This document shows, piece by piece, positions 49,553-53,787 of a DNA stretch of 53,787 nucleotides (position 1 is its first letter; every line of letters begins with the position of its first letter). Below the pieces are notes generated by a model. The model ran no database searches. It saw only the letters and a program-made list of their open reading frames with translations, and was not told where the DNA came from. Source of the DNA: a virus (Duplodnaviria > Caudoviricetes); the IMG/VR virus record IMGVR_UViG_3300008267_000208, positions 1 through 53,787 of that record; one strand, given 5' to 3'. Both the position numbers and the translations under genes were made by a program.

Positions 49553-50542
49553 TTACTTGTTGTTTCCAAATGCTAATTCACGCATACGTGAGAAAGCATC
49601 ATTTTCGATAATTGGTTTTGATTTAGCTGTACCTAATGCTTTAGAAGCGGAACCTAATGATTCTTGAATTGGAGATTTTTTAACTGGTGTTTTCAAATTC
49701 TCTAATAGAGTTTCATAAACTAATTGTGCTTCTTTTTTAGATGTAGCTTTATCAAATGCTGTTAAAACCTTTACTTTTTGTGATTCAGTCAAAGACTTGT
49801 TACGGAAAATTTTGTTAGTGTAAAGAAGTTTAGCGTTTAATAAATTGATTTCGTTAAGTTCTGATTTAAGAGTTCTGATTGCCTCATAAGCTTCTTCAAG
49901 TTCCTCTTGCATTTCATTTTTAACGTCTTCTTCATAAACGTTTTCACTTTCAAGTTCAGCAAGAAGTTCATCAAGACCAATTTCTTCGTCCATATCTTCT
50001 TCAGCTAAAAGCTCATCAAGATCAACCATTTCATCGATTTCTTCTTCTTCAGATTCTTCAGCTTCAGCACCTTCTTCATTTTCCATACCTTCATGACCAG
50101 CTTCAAGTTCACCTGCGCTAACCATGTCTTTAATAACATCTTCAATGAAAGATTTTAAATCATCTTCGTCCATGTCTTCAATAGACATTTCTTCTTCAGA
50201 TTCTTCTTCTTCGGATTCCTCTTCTTCAGATTCTTCTTCTTCCTCTTTAGCTTCAAAAATAGATTCCTCCATTTCTTCACCTTCAAGTTCAGCAAGAAGT
50301 TCATCTAATGAAATTTCATCCATAGATTCTTTTTCTTCCATCATTTCTTCTGCCTCGTCTTCATACATTCCTTCCATCTTAGTTTCCTCTTCTTCCATTT
50401 CCTGGAGTTTAGCGGAGAGTTTTTCCTTAAGATACGGAGTGAATGCTTCTTCGAGAGCAGCTTTTGCGTTTGCTATTGCTGTTTCTTTGACAGATTTAGC
50501 ATCGGCGATTGCTTCTTTAAGCAAATCTCTGTTTGTTGCCAT
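49553..50542 (-). CDS. Prohead scaffold / core protein
   Basis: Very acidic coiled coil between the protease and capsid genes; LNEINLLNAKL; C-terminal RMRELA. Confidence 0.8.
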   Translation of the reverse strand: MATNRDLLKEAIADAKSVKETAIANAKAALEEAFTPYLKEKLSAKLQEMEEEETKMEGMYEDEAEEMMEEKESMDEISLDELLAELEGEEMEESIFEAKEEEEESEEEESEEEESEEEMSIEDMDEDDLKSFIEDVIKDMVSAGELEAGHEGMENEEGAEAEESEEEEIDEMVDLDELLAEEDMDEEIGLDELLAELESENVYEEDVKNEMQEELEEAYEAIRTLKSELNEINLLNAKLLYTNKIFRNKSLTESQKVKVLTAFDKATSKKEAQLVYETLLENLKTPVKKSPIQESLGSASKALGTAKSKPIIENDAFSRMRELAFGNNK

Positions 50543-50685
50543 TTTTTCCTTAAATTTGTTTGTTGGAAATACGTTTAATATGAGGAGAACCCTCGAAACG
50601 TAATAAAATTATTATAAGCAATGCCTCATAAATTGGGCACATTCTAATATACGTATATATGGATATACTCAAAGTCGCAGAAATG

Positions 50686-50740
50686 AAAAAAAGAAGCGCT
50701 CCTTTATAGGGAGCGCTAGTCTAAAGAGACTATCTTTAGA
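50686..50740 (-). terminator. Tandem hairpin plus intrinsic terminator
   Basis: TCTAAAGA/TCTTTAGA hairpin, then AGCGCTCC/GGAGCGCT with a U-tract. Confidence 0.8.
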
Positions 50741-50744
50741 GAGG

Positions 50745-51188
50745 CTATTTTCCTATTTGATAAATACCACCATCTACCCCAACAGCAAATTGGTTTGGGT
50801 GTGCTTTAATATAATCTTGGGCATAATCAATGATAACTTTTTTATAAGTATTTGAGTCCATATTTGTATTTCCTTTTAGATCTCCAGTTTTGTCAGCAAT
50901 TTTACTACCTAAATCAAAAAGATCATCTTCACTCATTTTATTTGCTTCTTTACCAAGAACATTATTGTAATATTCAGTTTGTTTATTTTTATCTTCTTTA
51001 GCTTGTTGATCCATTTGATATACTTTACCAATTCCTCCTAAAGTAGTTAAAGCTATTAATCCTTTAATAATCCAATCTTTAATTCCTTCATCAATATTTT
51101 CATTTTCTAAAACAACAATGGCATTGCTATATTGACTCTCAGTAATTAAACCTGCGAGTTTTTGCATGTGTAAGAATTCTTTATTCAT
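50745..51188 (-). CDS. Hypothetical protein, probable internal head protein
   Basis: Start MNKEFLHMQKLAGLITE at 51188 behind an ATATTTAT motif; internal hydrophobic helix. Confidence 0.7.
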   Translation of the reverse strand: MNKEFLHMQKLAGLITESQYSNAIVVLENENIDEGIKDWIIKGLIALTTLGGIGKVYQMDQQAKEDKNKQTEYYNNVLGKEANKMSEDDLFDLGSKIADKTGDLKGNTNMDSNTYKKVIIDYAQDYIKAHPNQFAVGVDGGIYQIGK

Positions 51189-51225
51189 GTTTTTATTTTT
51201 ATTTATGTTTTTATTTATAAATATA

Positions 51226-51843
51226 TTAAAATATCGGACACGTACCGTTTGAACAAAGTATTTCAGTAAGTATAGAATTAACTTTAGAATAGGGGTTTGA
51301 ATTAATTGATGTAGATAATCCCTCATGTATTTGTCCTACAGGATGCATCCATGAACCTGGATTTGAAGGTGTGGAAACAAAATCAAAACATAGTAGTTCA
51401 AAGTCGTCTTGTACTTCTAATACTTCACCTACTTGTTTTAAGCTGCCCATTCCACGAGATGAAACACCTACCTTAATACCTGATTCAATTAATGCTTTAA
51501 GGATATTTCCTGATGGTGTAGGTAAAATTTCAATTGCACCCATTACCATATCTCCTTTCCACCATATTTTTTTAATATTGTGGGATACATTTTTCAAGTT
51601 AATGATTTGAGAATCTGGATGGTCTAGTTCACCTAGAGCTCTATTTTCTCTAACCATATCCATGTATTTGTCTATCTCACGTTCCCATAACTCTTTAGCA
51701 TAGTATCTACCATTACCATTTTTTACTTCACAAGTAGCCAATATCCCTTCAACTATTGGGTTGCCAGATATCCTATCACGAGACTCAGTAAGTGATTTAG
51801 GTGATACATTGAATGGGGTGACTTCTATAAGTAGTGGTTTCAT
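51226..51843 (-). CDS. Prohead protease (gp21-like)
   Basis: NGNGRYY, ALGELDHP, NVSH, GVSSRGMGS, FDFVSTPS; start MKPLLIE at 51843. Confidence 0.95.
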   Translation of the reverse strand: MKPLLIEVTPFNVSPKSLTESRDRISGNPIVEGILATCEVKNGNGRYYAKELWEREIDKYMDMVRENRALGELDHPDSQIINLKNVSHNIKKIWWKGDMVMGAIEILPTPSGNILKALIESGIKVGVSSRGMGSLKQVGEVLEVQDDFELLCFDFVSTPSNPGSWMHPVGQIHEGLSTSINSNPYSKVNSILTEILCSNGTCPIF

Positions 51844-51847
51844 AATT

Positions 51848-53787
51848 TTAGTATCCTTTAATGTCAAATCCTATGCCACCTGATTTATATTGAGTGTCAG
51901 GATTAATATGTTGAGCTATAAGTGATAATATACGAGCATCTGTTCTGGTTATTTCTTTGTCTATCTCCCATTGATCTGCCCTAACATTATAATAGATATA
52001 TCTAGTTTTTGTTTCGCCAGGAACAACAGGTGATGGGGATTTAATTTGTATAATAACTTCTTCATATTCACCTTGTTGTGGTTTGGTATAAGTTACATCT
52101 TCAATAATACCACCCATTAAAGGTTTACCTCTAAATTTATTAAAAAATAGTTGGCCTAATTTCATTGTTCTTTGATCCTGACCTCGTTCGCGAGATACAT
52201 CAGTTGCTCTTTTGAAAAGTTCAGGTGATATTTCATTTACTAATTCTTCTTTAATAAGATTACGAATCAATGAACGAAGTTTTTGTTCCATTAAATTTTC
52301 ATTTATTTTTATTGATTGCATTCCTACTCTTTCTTTAACCATTTTTACAGCCATTTCTACTTTAGGAGAATTAACAACCATTACTTTGTTTCCATCTGTT
52401 TCGAATTTAACACCGTTATTTTTTAATTCAGATTTCAACATTGAAATTGCTTTATCTATACCTGAAATGGTTACTTTTTGGTTTTGTTCTTCGTTTTCTT
52501 TAAGTGCATTCAAGTTAGGAAGTAATAAATCTCCCTTACTCCAATATTGCTTAGAACCATCTTTATTGAATTTATCTTCTTTTGCCATTTCTACTGGTGC
52601 TTTAAATGGAAAATATTGTTTGAAGCTTTTACCTTTAAGAAGTGTAAATGGCTTATAGTTTTCTGATTTAGTAAGTAGAATTTTTGTTTGTTGAGGTATA
52701 TCTTTAATACAATCTAAAATGTATGGGTTGTTAGCACCTTTCATTAGATTATTATATAGAATACCAGATACATATAAAGTTCCATCTTCAAACACCATAA
52801 GGTCTTTCATGGATTGACTATTAGCAAAACGATTGAAGATTTGACCAGGAAGAGCAAGAACTGGGGGCACAAATCGTTTTCCGCCTCCTCCTCCTTTGGT
52901 TGAGATAGTCATCATTCCATAATTTCCTCCTCCTCTTACTTCATCTAAATTTTGTTTAATCCAGTTTTTAGCTTCATCTTCAGAATTAAATGTTTTTTCT
53001 TTTTTTCCATCCATTGTACTGTAAGTAAGAATCCAAAAACGACCTTCGGGTTCAAGACTCCATGTTTCGTTATGTCCTAAATTGCCTTCTTGTAACTTCA
53101 TTTTTTTTTCAACACCAGTAACACCTTTATCAGGCATTTCTTTTACTTTTTTAGGCATTGAAGTTTCTGCTTCTTTATCACCTAATGAGTCTTGAACATT
53201 TGATTTTGGTTCTTTGATTTTTATTTCAGTATCCAAATCACCATATCCACTTGACTTGTGTTTACCTTTAGGTTCTTTAGGTTCACCTAAACCTGGGGCT
53301 TCATTAGTGTATCCTAAACCTTTAACTCCAAACATTCCGTCTTTAGTATAGAATAAAGGATCCTTAGCTAAGTTTTTAACAACCATAGCTTTAATTTCAT
53401 CACCTGTTTTTCCAGCATTTTTCTCATCTCTCATTTCAGCATAAAAGCCTTTCATGATTTCATTGAAATTAATGTTATCAGCATTTTTAGTGTCTGAATT
53501 ATCGTAGGCGTGTGTTTGTTTGTCTTTAACTTCTTTGGATGTTTCTTTTTCTTCGGCTTTAACTTCTTCAGCTAAAATTTTCTTCCAATCGTAGATATCA
53601 AATCCTTTAGCTACAACACCACCTGCGGCTTCGCTAATGATTTGTTTTGATTTCAATACATTAGTTGCTGTATTAAAGTCAGTATATTGATTGAAGTATT
53701 CTGGAAATAAGCTACGAGCGTGTTTTAAGAATTGGTCTTTATTTCCGTTGCCACTCTTAATTGAGTTATATTGTTCTTGAAGTGTCA
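51848..53787 (-). CDS. Large head-associated protein (start codon probably at the window edge)
   Basis: The frame stays open to the window end, reading (A)TG ACA CTT CAA GAA = MTLQEQY. Many L/I-x-E sites; KNLAKDPLFYT motif. Confidence 0.7.
   Translation of the reverse strand, partial: TLQEQYNSIKSGNGNKDQFLKHARSLFPEYFNQYTDFNTATNVLKSKQIISEAAGGVVAKGFDIYDWKKILAEEVKAEEKETSKEVKDKQTHAYDNSDTKNADNINFNEIMKGFYAEMRDEKNAGKTGDEIKAMVVKNLAKDPLFYTKDGMFGVKGLGYTNEAPGLGEPKEPKGKHKSSGYGDLDTEIKIKEPKSNVQDSLGDKEAETSMPKKVKEMPDKGVTGVEKKMKLQEGNLGHNETWSLEPEGRFWILTYSTMDGKKEKTFNSEDEAKNWIKQNLDEVRGGGNYGMMTISTKGGGGGKRFVPPVLALPGQIFNRFANSQSMKDLMVFEDGTLYVSGILYNNLMKGANNPYILDCIKDIPQQTKILLTKSENYKPFTLLKGKSFKQYFPFKAPVEMAKEDKFNKDGSKQYWSKGDLLLPNLNALKENEEQNQKVTISGIDKAISMLKSELKNNGVKFETDGNKVMVVNSPKVEMAVKMVKERVGMQSIKINENLMEQKLRSLIRNLIKEELVNEISPELFKRATDVSRERGQDQRTMKLGQLFFNKFRGKPLMGGIIEDVTYTKPQQGEYEEVIIQIKSPSPVVPGETKTRYIYYNVRADQWEIDKEITRTDARILSLIAQHINPDTQYKSGGIGFDIKGY

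Noticed and set aside
50185-50245. 15-bp repeats as a CRISPR or regulatory array
   Set aside because: They are in-frame coding repeats (EEEES) of the acidic scaffold with no spacers. No CRISPR array or tRNA was seen in the window.
50570-50602. Hammerhead ribozyme on the plus strand (UGAGGA...GAAAC)
   Set aside because: The core C is missing, stem I is absent and stem II is only about 2 bp.
1483-52658. Plus-strand ORFs in the six-frame track
   Set aside because: They lie antisense to well-supported minus-strand genes, often use non-ATG starts and show no recognisable motifs. They are treated as shadow ORFs.
1-53787. Stop-codon reassignment
   Set aside because: Long conserved genes are intact under the standard code, and TAA, TAG and TGA all end genes. 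The broken genes are frameshifts, not in-frame stops.

Overview
AT-rich segment of a large lytic myovirus with T4-like head, neck and tail genes. All credible genes are on the minus strand, so transcription runs right to left. Order of modules: (1) head: a large head-associated protein, gp21 protease, scaffold, gp23 capsid; (2) phoH; (3) tail fibres, neck gp13/gp14, gp15, sheath gp18, tube gp19, tail chaperone, tape measure, baseplate; (4) M15 endolysin; (5) replication: short PolA, gp32-like SSB, RecA/UvsX, 5'-3' exonuclease, DnaB, nrdB/nrdA; (6) a 7-deazaguanine DNA-modification cluster: TGT/DpdA-like, queC, trx, queD, queE, folE; (7) small ORFs and thyA. Three free-standing homing endonucleases are present. 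A Bacteroidota host is inferred from the absence of Shine-Dalgarno sites, TATATTT promoter boxes and a captured T9SS-cargo-like gene. The most striking unexplained signal is a ~75-nt three-hairpin RNA after the endolysin whose segments are complementary to 23S rRNA helix 69-70. Other notable signals: a homing endonuclease flanked by two thyA N-termini, a QueC lacking all Zn cysteines, a virion-wide [ST]-[GA]-S motif, head proteins with possible protease-unmasked signal peptides, and a +1/-2 tail-chaperone frameshift. All product calls come from motif recognition by eye, not database searches.
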